NCBI GenBank assembly: GCA_028282585.1
Contig: JANQHR010000021.1
Location: forward strand, 1 to 64,000
Direction of reading: 5' to 3'
Origin: Bacteroidales bacterium
GTDB lineage: Bacteria > Bacteroidota > Bacteroidia > Bacteroidales > UBA12077
DNA length: 64,000 bases
The notes under the pieces are model-generated. The model was not told the DNA's origin. It did no database searches and worked only from the letters and a program-made list of their open reading frames with translations. This document shows, in pieces, positions 20,790 to 30,890 of this stretch. Made by a program: the position numbers and the translations under genes. The stretch's first letter is position 1. Each line of letters opens with the position of its first letter.

Positions 20790-22139
20790 TTATATTTCGT
20801 TTAATATTTTTTCTAATTCAATTTTAGCGTTTAATAAATTTACAACTGCTTGCGTATAATCATTTATAGTTGTTAAATAATCGGTGTTGGCTTGAGTTAG
20901 TTCAAAGCTTGAAGCCATTCCCTCTTTATGTTTTATACTTATTTCATCTAATACCTTCTTAGAAACTTCCATGTTTTCTCTTGAGTTAACCAATATTTCC
21001 TGGTTAGTAATAAAATCGCTTCTTGTCTGGATTAATGATGTATATAGGGAAGAACCAACAAACTCTTTTGTATTTGTCGATTTTTCAAGCTCTAACCTGG
21101 CTTGTTGGACTTTTGACCTTTTTTCTCCACTATTAAAAATCGGAATGGCGAGTTGGAATCCTAACATGGAGGATTCAAACCATGCCTCACTTCCATCAAA
21201 TGGATTAAATTCATCTCTATATGCATCTTCATTAAAATTATAGAATGCGGATAAAGTAGGTAAATACTCAGATTTATATCTTTTAAGATCTAATGCCATT
21301 AACTCTTCCTGAACTACTATTAATTGATAATCAGCGTGTTCTTCTAAAACAAATTCTTTTTTAAATAAGGCATCTACATCAATATCTAAAAGGATATCAC
21401 TCAGGTTATCAGTTAGTTCAACTTTGGTTTCTTTATCTGCACCAATTTGCAAATTTAATAAAGCATACAAAAACTCGATTTGGCGTTCCATTTGCTTAAC
21501 AGAATTCTCCAATGAACCAAGCGTAACCTTTAATTTATCAGCTTCAATATTTTCTGTAAAACCAGCTTCAGCCATTGCTTTGGTTTGATTATATAAATCT
21601 TGTAAATATTCAAAATTACTTTGTAATGTAATTAATGTTTCCTCTGCCATTAAAATGGTATAGTAAGTTGAAGCAACATCAGCTTTTGTGTCAATTTCAG
21701 TTTTATTTAAAGTTTTTTCCGATAAACTTCTATAGACTCTTGCCGCTTGTAAGCCAACAATATAAGAACCACTAAAAATAAGTTGAGATACGCTTAAAGT
21801 AGCATTAAAAGTATGTTTAGTTCCAAATTGTACTTCAGCGAATTCACCAGGTTCGCCACCAAAAAATTCAGCGGGGATTAATTGGGTGGCTAAGCTTAAA
21901 TTGTTAAAGTATGAACCGGATGCACTTATTTGAGGTAACCCAATTGTTGTTGTTTCCCAAACTTGCTTATCGGCAATAATAACATCAAGCTGAGCATTTT
22001 TTACATCTGTATTATTCTGAAGTGCATATTCCATTGCTTCATTTACCGATAAATTTAATGATTCGTTATTTTCTTGCCCTCTAATTATATACGGTAAAAT
22101 GATTAATGTCAGAACTGTAATTGTTAGTTTATGTTTCAT
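20790..22139 (-). CDS. TolC family outer membrane efflux protein
   Basis: Signal peptide; A...ALQNN, YLPTLS, IPIFNSG; position in the efflux operon. Confidence 0.93.
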   Translation of the reverse strand: MKHKLTITVLTLIILPYIIRGQENNESLNLSVNEAMEYALQNNTDVKNAQLDVIIADKQVWETTTIGLPQISASGSYFNNLSLATQLIPAEFFGGEPGEFAEVQFGTKHTFNATLSVSQLIFSGSYIVGLQAARVYRSLSEKTLNKTEIDTKADVASTYYTILMAEETLITLQSNFEYLQDLYNQTKAMAEAGFTENIEADKLKVTLGSLENSVKQMERQIEFLYALLNLQIGADKETKVELTDNLSDILLDIDVDALFKKEFVLEEHADYQLIVVQEELMALDLKRYKSEYLPTLSAFYNFNEDAYRDEFNPFDGSEAWFESSMLGFQLAIPIFNSGEKRSKVQQARLELEKSTNTKEFVGSSLYTSLIQTRSDFITNQEILVNSRENMEVSKKVLDEISIKHKEGMASSFELTQANTDYLTTINDYTQAVVNLLNAKIELEKILNEI

Positions 22140-22160
22140 TTTCTAATTTGAGTTTATATG

Positions 22161-22790
22161 TTATTGTAAATAATCTTTAATATCTATTCTTTCCAATGTT
22201 TTGTCTAAAACTTCAATTCCTTTTTCATTTGCGATGCCTCTAATGTGGTAAATAAAAAGCTCCAGAATAAATTGTGGATTAAGCATTTCATCGGTACCGT
22301 AAAAGTCATCAGTGTTCATGCTTAAAAATCTATTAGTCTGAAACTTAGCAATTATATCTTCGTCCAAATCTTCACGGAATAATCCTTCAATTTTGCCTTT
22401 TTTAATATTTGCTAAGGTTGATTTATACATTCTTTCTTTTCTTATATTTTGAAGGTTGTCATAAACTTTTGGATAATATTTTTTTAAATCATATTCCGTT
22501 GCTGGGTTAAAATCTCTAAGAGCCTTAATAATATAAATTCCAACTTCCAATAATTCTTCAATTGCATTTTGCTTTTTTGATAATATTTCCCTGAATTTTG
22601 TGTTTTTATGATCCAGAAAGTAATCAATAACTTTTGAAACTAAATCGTTTTTATTTTCTACATGCAGGTAAAGAGTTTTTTTAGACATACCTAACTCACG
22701 GGCAACATCATCCATGGTAACACTCTTTATTCCATATTTATTATAAAGTTGACCTACTTTAATAAGGATATTTTCTAATTCTTTATTCAT
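22161..22790 (-). CDS. TetR/AcrR family regulator
   Basis: GIKSVTMDDVARELGMSKKTLY HTH. Confidence 0.95.
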   Translation of the reverse strand: MNKELENILIKVGQLYNKYGIKSVTMDDVARELGMSKKTLYLHVENKNDLVSKVIDYFLDHKNTKFREILSKKQNAIEELLEVGIYIIKALRDFNPATEYDLKKYYPKVYDNLQNIRKERMYKSTLANIKKGKIEGLFREDLDEDIIAKFQTNRFLSMNTDDFYGTDEMLNPQFILELFIYHIRGIANEKGIEVLDKTLERIDIKDYLQ

Positions 22791-22794
22791 GCCG

Positions 22795-22802
22795 CAAAAT
22801 TA
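22795..22802 (-). promoter_or_regulatory. -7 promoter element, probably a leaderless tetR transcript
   Basis: TAATTTTG only 4 nt upstream of the ATG. Confidence 0.6.
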
Positions 22803-22817
22803 AAACAAAAAAACCAA

Positions 22818-22971
22818 GGAAACAAAAAACATAAAAAAAGTTTCCGATGTTTATCTGAAACAAATTTCTAATTAATAATGTTCACTTTGGTTAAGAATAG
22901 ATTAATTCTTAGTGTAAAAATTATAAACAAAGGAACTTCGGAAACAAAAATCATGCAAAAGTTTTCTGATG
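22818..22971. promoter_or_regulatory. Two candidate TetR operators
   Basis: GGAAAC-N16-GTTTCC at 22818-22845 and GGAAAC-N15-GTTTTC at 22940-22966, with similar spacers. Confidence 0.6.
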
Positions 22972-23086
22972 AATAAGCTTATTTTAGGAATGAATATGAC
23001 AAATTAGAGAATAAATAAATTCTTTGATTTATCTGAACAATCATAATCATTCTTTGTCTAAATCTTAAGAAAAATAAATAGACAAA

Positions 23087-23680
23087 ATGAATCAGTTAAT
23101 TATTATAGCACATCCTAAGAAAGATAGTTTTAGCCATAAAGTAAAGACAGAATTAGAGAAGGAATTTATGAACAATCAGAATGCTGTTAAGGTTAGGGAT
23201 TTGTATGATATAGATTTTAAACCTATTCTTACCGAAAGCGAACTTAAGTATAACAAAGAAGGTAATATTCGCACAGATGTAGTAGTTGAACAAAGTTATA
23301 TTGAATGGGCAGATAAATTAACTTTTATATATCCACTCTGGTGGAATGGTTTTCCAGCAATTTTAAAGGGTTATATTGATAGGGTATTTATTAATGGTTT
23401 TGCTTTTAAAATCAATGGAAATAGGCCCGAGGGATTGTTAAAAAATAAAAAGGTACGATTAATTACAACTGCTGGAATGAAAGAGGAATCATTAATGAAG
23501 TCTCGTGTTTTTGAGGGATTAAAAATTACACAAGAACATGGATTATTTCAATTTTGTGGAATGAAAGTAATTGATCATTTGTTTGTAACAAATAGTGCTT
23601 CGTTAACAAAAGAACAGAAGGAAGATGAAATGAAAAATTTAATAAAAAAAGTTTTAGTTAAAGAAAAAACAAGAATTTAG
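23087..23680 (+). CDS. NAD(P)H-dependent oxidoreductase (flavodoxin-like, quinone reductase family)
   Basis: AHP...SF, RDLY, YPLWWNGFPAILKGYIDRV, TTAG. Confidence 0.93.
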   Translation: MNQLIIIAHPKKDSFSHKVKTELEKEFMNNQNAVKVRDLYDIDFKPILTESELKYNKEGNIRTDVVVEQSYIEWADKLTFIYPLWWNGFPAILKGYIDRVFINGFAFKINGNRPEGLLKNKKVRLITTAGMKEESLMKSRVFEGLKITQEHGLFQFCGMKVIDHLFVTNSASLTKEQKEDEMKNLIKKVLVKEKTRI

Positions 23681-25299
23681 AAACCAAAATTTGCACCAAA
23701 AGAAATCGTGTTTTGTTTTCCATGAAACACTGAAGCAGTATACTTATCCAAATCTCCGGAAATATTACTATTTAGGTAATTAAAAAAAACATAGCCATCG
23801 TTTACAATTTGATAACTAGCACGGAAAGCAATTGTCTTGTTTTCCCATTCGACTGAATCCATAAAAGGGTTTCCAAGGCGAGAACCACCTAAATCATCAT
23901 AATCTTTTCCTTTTTGTGCATGTAAATAAGAGAGTTTTAACGATAGAGTTTTAAAAGGTTTAATTAAAACAGAAAAATATATTTCTTGAGAATTATCCAT
24001 TAAATAGTGACCTAAATTATATCCATTACTTTCAAAGGTTGTTGTAGGAATGTTATGTTTGTAAGTTAATGGCATGGACTTAGTATATTCGGTAGTAATA
24101 AAAGTGTTTGGGATTAGCCCGGAAATTTTCATACTTGCCTTTATACTCCAGAAATTCCAGACAGTATCTTCAAAAAACCTACTTGTAGATAGCTCATCTA
24201 TAAATAAGGTTGCTGATAAATGAACTTTTTTAATATTTCTTGAACTAATATCAAAAAACATTTGTGAATTCTGACCAACATTTCTTCCTGCATTGTCTGT
24301 TGCATTGTAAGTGTGGTCAACTGATTTATAAAACATCACTGGAATTAAGTATTGCAATTGTGGTCCATCACTGCTATAAATAATTGAATTACCAGCTGAA
24401 ATGTAAAGGTTTTTGAATGGCTTAAACGTAAATAAATTAGCAGCCAAATATTTATCAAACATTTGATCACGCTGATCGGTGCCATAAGCATTCGTAAATA
24501 CCATTGTTGATGCACTATCTATAACTTCAGAAACCAACCAACCATGAACCCAATTGAATTCAAACCAACTAACCGGCTTTAGGTTCAACGTAATATGTGC
24601 AAACGATGGAGCCCGCCCCGAAAATATATTAGCTCCATTATAATTATTTCCCCATTCGAAATGATCTTTTATTATTCCAAAACTACCCCAATTCCAAGCG
24701 TACGTAAGGCCGCCACGCATTTCGCTATAGTCTCCGCCACCCTCATTGTCTTTATAATTAGCGCCTATTCTTTGCGTAATATAGTCCTCACGGGATAAAA
24801 TATCGCTTTCGTGATTATCCCTTAAGCTAGCATAAAAACCCCAATGATTACCTACATAGGAAAATGCTTCCAAGCCATTCCAACGATGATAGAAGTTCAT
24901 GCTGTCATTTATAAAATACTCTGTACCTAAAATGGGATTTACAGAAAACGTAAATAAGGTGTCCTTATAAAATAAAATGTCAAAACGTTTATCAAACGTT
25001 TTATCCTTTCTTTTATAGGATGTATAAAGTTCTTTATTAAAATCTTTTAAATAAAAGTTCAGTTCATCTGATTGGCGTTTATTAAGAGAATGTTCTGTTG
25101 CTTTAACTTCCTTAAGTTTGTTAGCTATAAAATTTCTAGAATAAGGTTTAACAGCTGTGTTAAGTTCAATGATTCCAAGGTTTGCAAATTCATCTAATAA
25201 CTCATATACCGTTTGATTTGATGTATGATAATATACCTCTTGAGCAATAATTAAACTATGAATAATTAATAAAGCGAGTACTAAACAATACTTTTTCAT
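23677..25299 (-). CDS. Capsule assembly Wzi-family outer membrane protein
   Basis: Signal peptide, KPYSR N-terminal motif, beta-rich body, C-terminal Phe, at the end of the capsule locus. Confidence 0.65.
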   Translation of the reverse strand: MKKYCLVLALLIIHSLIIAQEVYYHTSNQTVYELLDEFANLGIIELNTAVKPYSRNFIANKLKEVKATEHSLNKRQSDELNFYLKDFNKELYTSYKRKDKTFDKRFDILFYKDTLFTFSVNPILGTEYFINDSMNFYHRWNGLEAFSYVGNHWGFYASLRDNHESDILSREDYITQRIGANYKDNEGGGDYSEMRGGLTYAWNWGSFGIIKDHFEWGNNYNGANIFSGRAPSFAHITLNLKPVSWFEFNWVHGWLVSEVIDSASTMVFTNAYGTDQRDQMFDKYLAANLFTFKPFKNLYISAGNSIIYSSDGPQLQYLIPVMFYKSVDHTYNATDNAGRNVGQNSQMFFDISSRNIKKVHLSATLFIDELSTSRFFEDTVWNFWSIKASMKISGLIPNTFITTEYTKSMPLTYKHNIPTTTFESNGYNLGHYLMDNSQEIYFSVLIKPFKTLSLKLSYLHAQKGKDYDDLGGSRLGNPFMDSVEWENKTIAFRASYQIVNDGYVFFNYLNSNISGDLDKYTASVFHGKQNTISFGANFGF

Positions 25300-25309
25300 T
25301 GTATATCGG

Positions 25310-26848
25310 TTAACTGCTTCTGGCTTTTTTAAAAATGATATTCCAACCTGCTTTCCAAAAATATTTCCAGTCGGTAATAAAAGGGCGTTTTAAGTAGGCA
25401 TCCAGGTACTTGTGCTCCGATGCTTGTATTTCTTCCAGTGTTTTCGGCAAATCAACATAAAATGGTGGAATAAGCCCAGGTTTTGTTTTAATTCTTTTTT
25501 CTTGTAAGTCTTTAGTATACAAACTAAAATAGTGTTCACTTAACGGGCGGACTCCCACAATTTTTAAATCTCCCTTCAATAAGTTTATTAACATTGGTAA
25601 TTCATCAATCCAAAATTTTCTAAATACTTTACCTGCAGTTGTAATTCTAAAATCATCCTTAAATTTACCACCTTCTTCTAAATTGGACTTATCATAGATG
25701 TATTCTTGCAAATACTCTGCATAAGGATGCATTGTTCGTAATTTGTAGACATTAATAATTTTCCCATTTTTACCAACACGGTGTAATTTTACAAATGGTC
25801 CATAGGTTGGTTCCATATCATAAAAAGGATCTTGACTCTTTCTTGCTACAAAATATAACCAACCATGTATCTCGCTTTCATTTATTATTTTAAAACCACA
25901 AGAGTATAACCTACCAAAAGTTTCCGCTTTTGAGACAACACGATTCTCTCCTCTAGTTAAAAAGAAATAAATCCGTTTCGTTAAATTAAATTTTGGGAAA
26001 ACTCTTTTTAGAATAAAATCAAAGAAATAATAAAATCTGTTTAAAATTGGAGGAAATTTTCTTAGTATTCGTTTTTTACGTTGATCTTTAGTTTCTACAC
26101 ACCCTATAAAAAAACCTCCATCAACTAATTTTCTATTTACGGATTCAAAGAACTTATTGATGAAACGAATATCATTAATACGCTTAAGATTAACTATTTT
26201 AAGGTATATCTTTTCGGGTAACTTGTCTACATTAAATCTTGTTGTTGTTGATAATAAGGAATAATTTGGGATATTTAAATCGATATTTTCTGAAAGAAAC
26301 TCAAAAGTTTTTTCGCTAGATTCCTCAATAATAGTGTCCTTTATGTTTTCCGGAACAGGGTCTAATGTATATTCTACCGGATATACCTCAGCTTCAGGAA
26401 TAATATTTAAATGCCCTACAATTTTTTGATACCTCTCAAATACAACGGAAGTGTCTGTACCCTTTTTTGCTTGTTTAATGAAATACTCACTGATTGCAAA
26501 GACTATTTCAAAAATGGTAGTAAATCCAATTGTACCAAAAACTACTAAGCGTGAATATTCCAGGGTACGCAGTAAATACATCAGAATTGCAAGAATACCT
26601 GCAATTAACAGGTTAACTAATATTTGGTATAAAACAGAGTTGGAGAGGCTTGTTCTTTTAGGTGTAGTGTACTTTTGTGATATAATTGAAATAAATAACC
26701 AAATAAAGGTAAATACAATTAATCCGATGGCATATTTAGTAAAATAAGGTTCAGCTTCGCCGGGCTTTATCCATAGAATCAATATAAACGCTAGCAAGAT
26801 GGCAAGGATATCAAATAAAATATGAATGAAGAGAGAGCGTTTGGTCAT
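25310..26848 (-). CDS. Priming phosphoglycosyl transferase (Bac_transf sugar transferase)
   Basis: Four N-terminal TMs; RVGKNG, KLRTM, DFRIT, IDELP, VGVRPL, KPGL. Confidence 0.9.
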   Translation of the reverse strand: MTKRSLFIHILFDILAILLAFILILWIKPGEAEPYFTKYAIGLIVFTFIWLFISIISQKYTTPKRTSLSNSVLYQILVNLLIAGILAILMYLLRTLEYSRLVVFGTIGFTTIFEIVFAISEYFIKQAKKGTDTSVVFERYQKIVGHLNIIPEAEVYPVEYTLDPVPENIKDTIIEESSEKTFEFLSENIDLNIPNYSLLSTTTRFNVDKLPEKIYLKIVNLKRINDIRFINKFFESVNRKLVDGGFFIGCVETKDQRKKRILRKFPPILNRFYYFFDFILKRVFPKFNLTKRIYFFLTRGENRVVSKAETFGRLYSCGFKIINESEIHGWLYFVARKSQDPFYDMEPTYGPFVKLHRVGKNGKIINVYKLRTMHPYAEYLQEYIYDKSNLEEGGKFKDDFRITTAGKVFRKFWIDELPMLINLLKGDLKIVGVRPLSEHYFSLYTKDLQEKRIKTKPGLIPPFYVDLPKTLEEIQASEHKYLDAYLKRPFITDWKYFWKAGWNIIFKKARSS

Positions 26849-27029
26849 TGGATTGTTTAACTAATTAACTGTTTTGATTGTAAACTTAAAAATATATGAA
26901 ATAACATATTTACAATATTGTCGGTTATGTAAAGTTAGATTTTTCATAATAAAAGGAAAAAAGAATAGGCATTTAATATTTACAAATAGGGCAATACGTG
27001 TTAAAATTTTTGCTATTTGAAGTTAAATA

Positions 27030-27845
27030 TCAGGATCTTATAATATTCAAAAAGTACTTTGCTAAATTTTTCGTGTTTTGCCAGATTAGTTCCAGTATCC
27101 AGGGAAATAGCCTATCTGTCCAACGTTGCGGGTGAAAAGTAAACATGATTTGATTAGGTAGGTTTTTACTTTCTGCTGTAGAAATGATATCGTGGGTTTT
27201 CTTAAAACTTTGTATGTATCTGGTGTTTGCTTCTTTCGTTATAGGGGCACTCAGGTTAAATACTTTGTCTCTTATACTTACTTTTTCGCCGTTCCACCTA
27301 CGCCCTGTATCGGTCAAGTACAAAACTTTGGAAAAATCAATATCGAAGTAAGGTTCTCCTATAATGCCATAATCTTTATAATTGTAATATTTCCATAGAA
27401 GTTTATTATCATATCTTGAAAGAGGGCTACCGTGCATACAAATCGTTTTAACAGGGAAAAATTTTCTTAATTCATTGAGGTTTTTATCAAATAGCTTTAT
27501 CGCTTCTTTCGCAACCTCTTTTTCTGTTAATTTTGGATTTTTTTCTACCAGGCTAACATCTTCATAATGATAACCAATTTCATGGCCTAATTCTACTATT
27601 TTTTCAATTACCACAGGGTTAAAGCTCTCTGAAACGATTCTGAAATAATAACTTCCTTTTATTCCCAATTCATTTTGTATTTCGGCAAATTGCAAAGAAT
27701 TAAATGGTAGTTTATCTACGTCATGGCGAAGAATGATTGTTCTGTCTTTGGGACTGTTAATGTACTCCTGAAAAGTTTGAAAAGAATAGTTTAGGTTTTG
27801 AAGTTTATATAGTAGGGCTTTATACGTTTTTAGGGTGAAATCCAT
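27030..27845 (-). CDS. Polysaccharide deacetylase-like (NodB-fold) protein
   Basis: ILRHDVD, GHEIGYHYE, MHG, TFHPQRW. Confidence 0.7.
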   Translation of the reverse strand: MDFTLKTYKALLYKLQNLNYSFQTFQEYINSPKDRTIILRHDVDKLPFNSLQFAEIQNELGIKGSYYFRIVSESFNPVVIEKIVELGHEIGYHYEDVSLVEKNPKLTEKEVAKEAIKLFDKNLNELRKFFPVKTICMHGSPLSRYDNKLLWKYYNYKDYGIIGEPYFDIDFSKVLYLTDTGRRWNGEKVSIRDKVFNLSAPITKEANTRYIQSFKKTHDIISTAESKNLPNQIMFTFHPQRWTDRLFPWILELIWQNTKNLAKYFLNIIRS

Positions 27846-27904
27846 AAAGTTTGAATTAATTTTATCTAATTATTCTAAGTTAAAAATTTAAATTTAAAAT
27901 TTTC

Positions 27905-28963
27905 TCACTTTCTTTTTATGCATTTAAGATATTGGAGAATAAACTTTGTCCAATATTCTGTAACATTATTGGTATCTTCTAACATTTTATCTCTTTTTTT
28001 GTTCCAAATTTCTGATAAATTTTCACATGCTAACAATTCTTTTAACTTTAATAAAAAATTGTCAAAATCTTCTGGCAAATAGGAATAGCACAATTCATAT
28101 TTTTCTTCAATCTCATTTGGAACAGATAATTTTCCTGCAAAAGAATTACATTTAACTGCAGGAATGCCCAAAATAGCAGATTCAGATATCATAGTTTGAC
28201 TATCTCCAACAAAAATTGTAGCATAACACATAAGCGAATGTATTTTTTCGGGTTGGATTTTTATCTGATATTTGGCTAATACCGGTTCGATTCTTCTTTC
28301 TGTCGTTATAAAAATTTTTCCATATGGTTTTAAAAGTTCAACAATTTTAAGTTTCTGACCTAAACTTATTCCTTTTATTCCCAAGTCGTGATGAGCTTTG
28401 AAAACATTAAACCTCATTATGAAAAACTTTTCTCCAAGTTTTAATCCAACATCTTCTAAAACGCTTGGATCTGGATCAAAAACAGAAGGGTGCAAATACG
28501 CAAGTTCATGGTATCCATTGTAAAATACTGTATCTTTTCTTTTGCGTTTTCCTTTAATTGCTTCAGGTGAAATTAATACATCTGCAAAGGGATGTACAAA
28601 TTTTGTAACGAATGGTTGAATATGATCATCATCATCGTCAAACATAATTGATTTAACTTTTGTAAATCTGGATATATGAACAATTGATACAGATGTGCCA
28701 AGAGCTAAATCAATTTTCTCTCTTTTACATATTCTCCATATTGATATATTATATATAATTTGGTTGAATATTTTGAAAATTAATGAATCTGATTTTGCTG
28801 AAAGCACATAATAATTATAACCAAAAAAATCTAATAAATGCCTCGCAACTGGCATATCTTTCACGCTCCAAATTACCTTATGCCCCTTTTCTTCAAGGTT
28901 CTTAGCAAGGTTTCTAAAATTATGTACATGGGCCGGATGGCCAATATCTATTAAAATATTCAT
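27905..28963 (-). CDS. DUF354 family protein (putative glycosyltransferase)
   Basis: DIGHPAHVHNF, YNGYHELAYLHP, GDSQTM..E.A.LG.P. Confidence 0.88.
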   Translation of the reverse strand: MNILIDIGHPAHVHNFRNLAKNLEEKGHKVIWSVKDMPVARHLLDFFGYNYYVLSAKSDSLIFKIFNQIIYNISIWRICKREKIDLALGTSVSIVHISRFTKVKSIMFDDDDDHIQPFVTKFVHPFADVLISPEAIKGKRKRKDTVFYNGYHELAYLHPSVFDPDPSVLEDVGLKLGEKFFIMRFNVFKAHHDLGIKGISLGQKLKIVELLKPYGKIFITTERRIEPVLAKYQIKIQPEKIHSLMCYATIFVGDSQTMISESAILGIPAVKCNSFAGKLSVPNEIEEKYELCYSYLPEDFDNFLLKLKELLACENLSEIWNKKRDKMLEDTNNVTEYWTKFILQYLKCIKRK

Positions 28964-29958
28964 TTAAATCTTGCCAAAATTTTCAATCCTACTTTTCCAA
29001 ACTTAAAAAGTAGAGGTTTTAATACTTTTATATACCTTCCATATTCAACTAATTCACCACCAAAAGCTTTTTTATAAGAACGCACACCGTATTCTTCTTC
29101 CTTAAGCCCAGCTCCCATGAAATCAAATATTGGTATTTTTTTTTTAATAGCATATTCTATTGCTGCAAGTACTGCCAGGTGTGTTGGGAAAATACTTTTA
29201 TGATAATTTCTTAAACCACAATAATAAAACGTGTATATTCCTTTGTTTTTTAAAACCGGGCAAAATGACCCACCAATTACTTTTTGATTATGTTCAACTA
29301 AAAATACTTTAATTATCCCATTTACGATTTGCTTTTCGAAAAACCTAAATGGCGGAATAGGTAATTTCACTCGATTTTTGTATAAATCTTCAAGAATTGT
29401 GTAAATACTTTTAGCTTTATTCAAATTATTAGTTTTAGCGTAAAATGCATTTTGAGATATAGATTGTTTTATTTCTCGACGTCGGTTATATTTGAACTTT
29501 TTAAGTAAACTTTCTGCGGTTTCTCCTTGAAGGTATAAATGAAAATTCACATAGGGTAAATAATTCCATTTTTGTCCAATAAAAGTTTCTTTATGATTAG
29601 AGTAATCAAAGAAATTCCTCGATTCAACGTAAATTATTTTATTGGATAACATTTTATTTACTGATTTCAAAAAATATTCAATTTCATCGCTTGTTTCATT
29701 ATTAGTAACTGGACCTCCATAGATTATACCTCTTCTCGAAAAAAAAGATTGCAATCCAGGCTCTTTGTAAATAGTTACAACAGCTAGAACTTTTATTTCA
29801 TTTTGATCAACTAATGCAAAAGAATAAGCATAATATCCTTCAATTTCGTTGATAGTATTATAATATTCTGGAGTTTGGAATGGAGAACTTTGTTTAGATT
29901 TAATCAACAATTCATACCATTCATGAATATTTATTTCTTCATTAACAAGAACTTTCAT
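28960..29958 (-). CDS. FemAB-like / GNAT family transferase
   Basis: SPFQTPE, YGGP, RRREIK, FDFMGAG, YGVRSYKKAFGG. Confidence 0.85.
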   Translation of the reverse strand: MKVLVNEEINIHEWYELLIKSKQSSPFQTPEYYNTINEIEGYYAYSFALVDQNEIKVLAVVTIYKEPGLQSFFSRRGIIYGGPVTNNETSDEIEYFLKSVNKMLSNKIIYVESRNFFDYSNHKETFIGQKWNYLPYVNFHLYLQGETAESLLKKFKYNRRREIKQSISQNAFYAKTNNLNKAKSIYTILEDLYKNRVKLPIPPFRFFEKQIVNGIIKVFLVEHNQKVIGGSFCPVLKNKGIYTFYYCGLRNYHKSIFPTHLAVLAAIEYAIKKKIPIFDFMGAGLKEEEYGVRSYKKAFGGELVEYGRYIKVLKPLLFKFGKVGLKILARFK

Positions 29959-30890
29959 TTAAGAATTAATTTATAAACTTTATAGATTTCCCTTGCAATT
30001 GTTTCAGAATCAATTCCAAGTTGAATTATTCTTTTTTGGCCTTTTGTTTTTCCATATTCTTTTGAGAATTCAACAGCTTTTTTTAAGTTTGTCATAAAAT
30101 CCGCCGTTTCAAAAGATGCTAGGAAATGCCCAGGTGCATTTCCAAATAGCCACTCGACATCACCTACTTTTGTGGAAAGAATTGGACGATTGCAGGCCAT
30201 AGCTTCTTTTATAACATTTGGGCTTCCTTCCCATAAACTTGAAAGTATAATAACATCTGCCGCGTTATAATACATGGGTACGTTGGTATTTCCAATATTT
30301 TGCAAGCTGTGTAATTCAGAATTTTCCAGTTTTATTGCTTCAAAAACATTTAATGCCAATTTATAATTCTTTTCGAACCTTTCTGGATTAGCAGCAAATA
30401 AGAAATGAAATTTATCTATATTCCATCCTACTGCTTTTTGTGCAGTTTCTTTAGAAACAGGCCTAAAAAGATTAATATTAACTCCATTTGGAATAACATG
30501 TAAAGATCTTAATCCTAGAGTTTTTTGCATATCTTTTGACTTCACTATGCATGCATCCCAGAAAAAAAAGTAGAAGAAATATAATATAATCTTGTACCAT
30601 TTTTTTGCCTTCACATCACTTCCCATTAAAGAAACGACAATAGGTGATGATTTTGCGAAAGCAGCTACAATACCTGAAAGAGAATAATGCGCATGGACAA
30701 TATCATAATTTTCTTTAGCCATATGTGTTTTTAATTTTTTAATTGCTTTAAAATAACCATAGAATCCTTTTTCTGTAATTGTGAAATGATTAATTTCTAT
30801 ATTAATATTTTTCAAAGACTTTCCTTGATTTTCAATCACTGGAGAAATGCCAGAAAAATTGTTACCTGAACTGATAAAAAGAACTTTCAT
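29955..30890 (-). CDS. GT4 glycosyltransferase
   Basis: HAHY, GSDV, IPNGV, EGSPNVIKEAMAC. Confidence 0.93.
   Translation of the reverse strand: MKVLFISSGNNFSGISPVIENQGKSLKNINIEINHFTITEKGFYGYFKAIKKLKTHMAKENYDIVHAHYSLSGIVAAFAKSSPIVVSLMGSDVKAKKWYKIILYFFYFFFWDACIVKSKDMQKTLGLRSLHVIPNGVNINLFRPVSKETAQKAVGWNIDKFHFLFAANPERFEKNYKLALNVFEAIKLENSELHSLQNIGNTNVPMYYNAADVIILSSLWEGSPNVIKEAMACNRPILSTKVGDVEWLFGNAPGHFLASFETADFMTNLKKAVEFSKEYGKTKGQKRIIQLGIDSETIAREIYKVYKLILK

Noticed and set aside
23715-23730. parS-like TGTTTTCCATGAAACA (also TGTTTCATGGGTTACA near 11670)
   Set aside because: Three or more mismatches, including the CACGTG core
28622-28640. (TCA)n microsatellite-like run
   Set aside because: Encodes the DDDDDH acidic motif of DUF354
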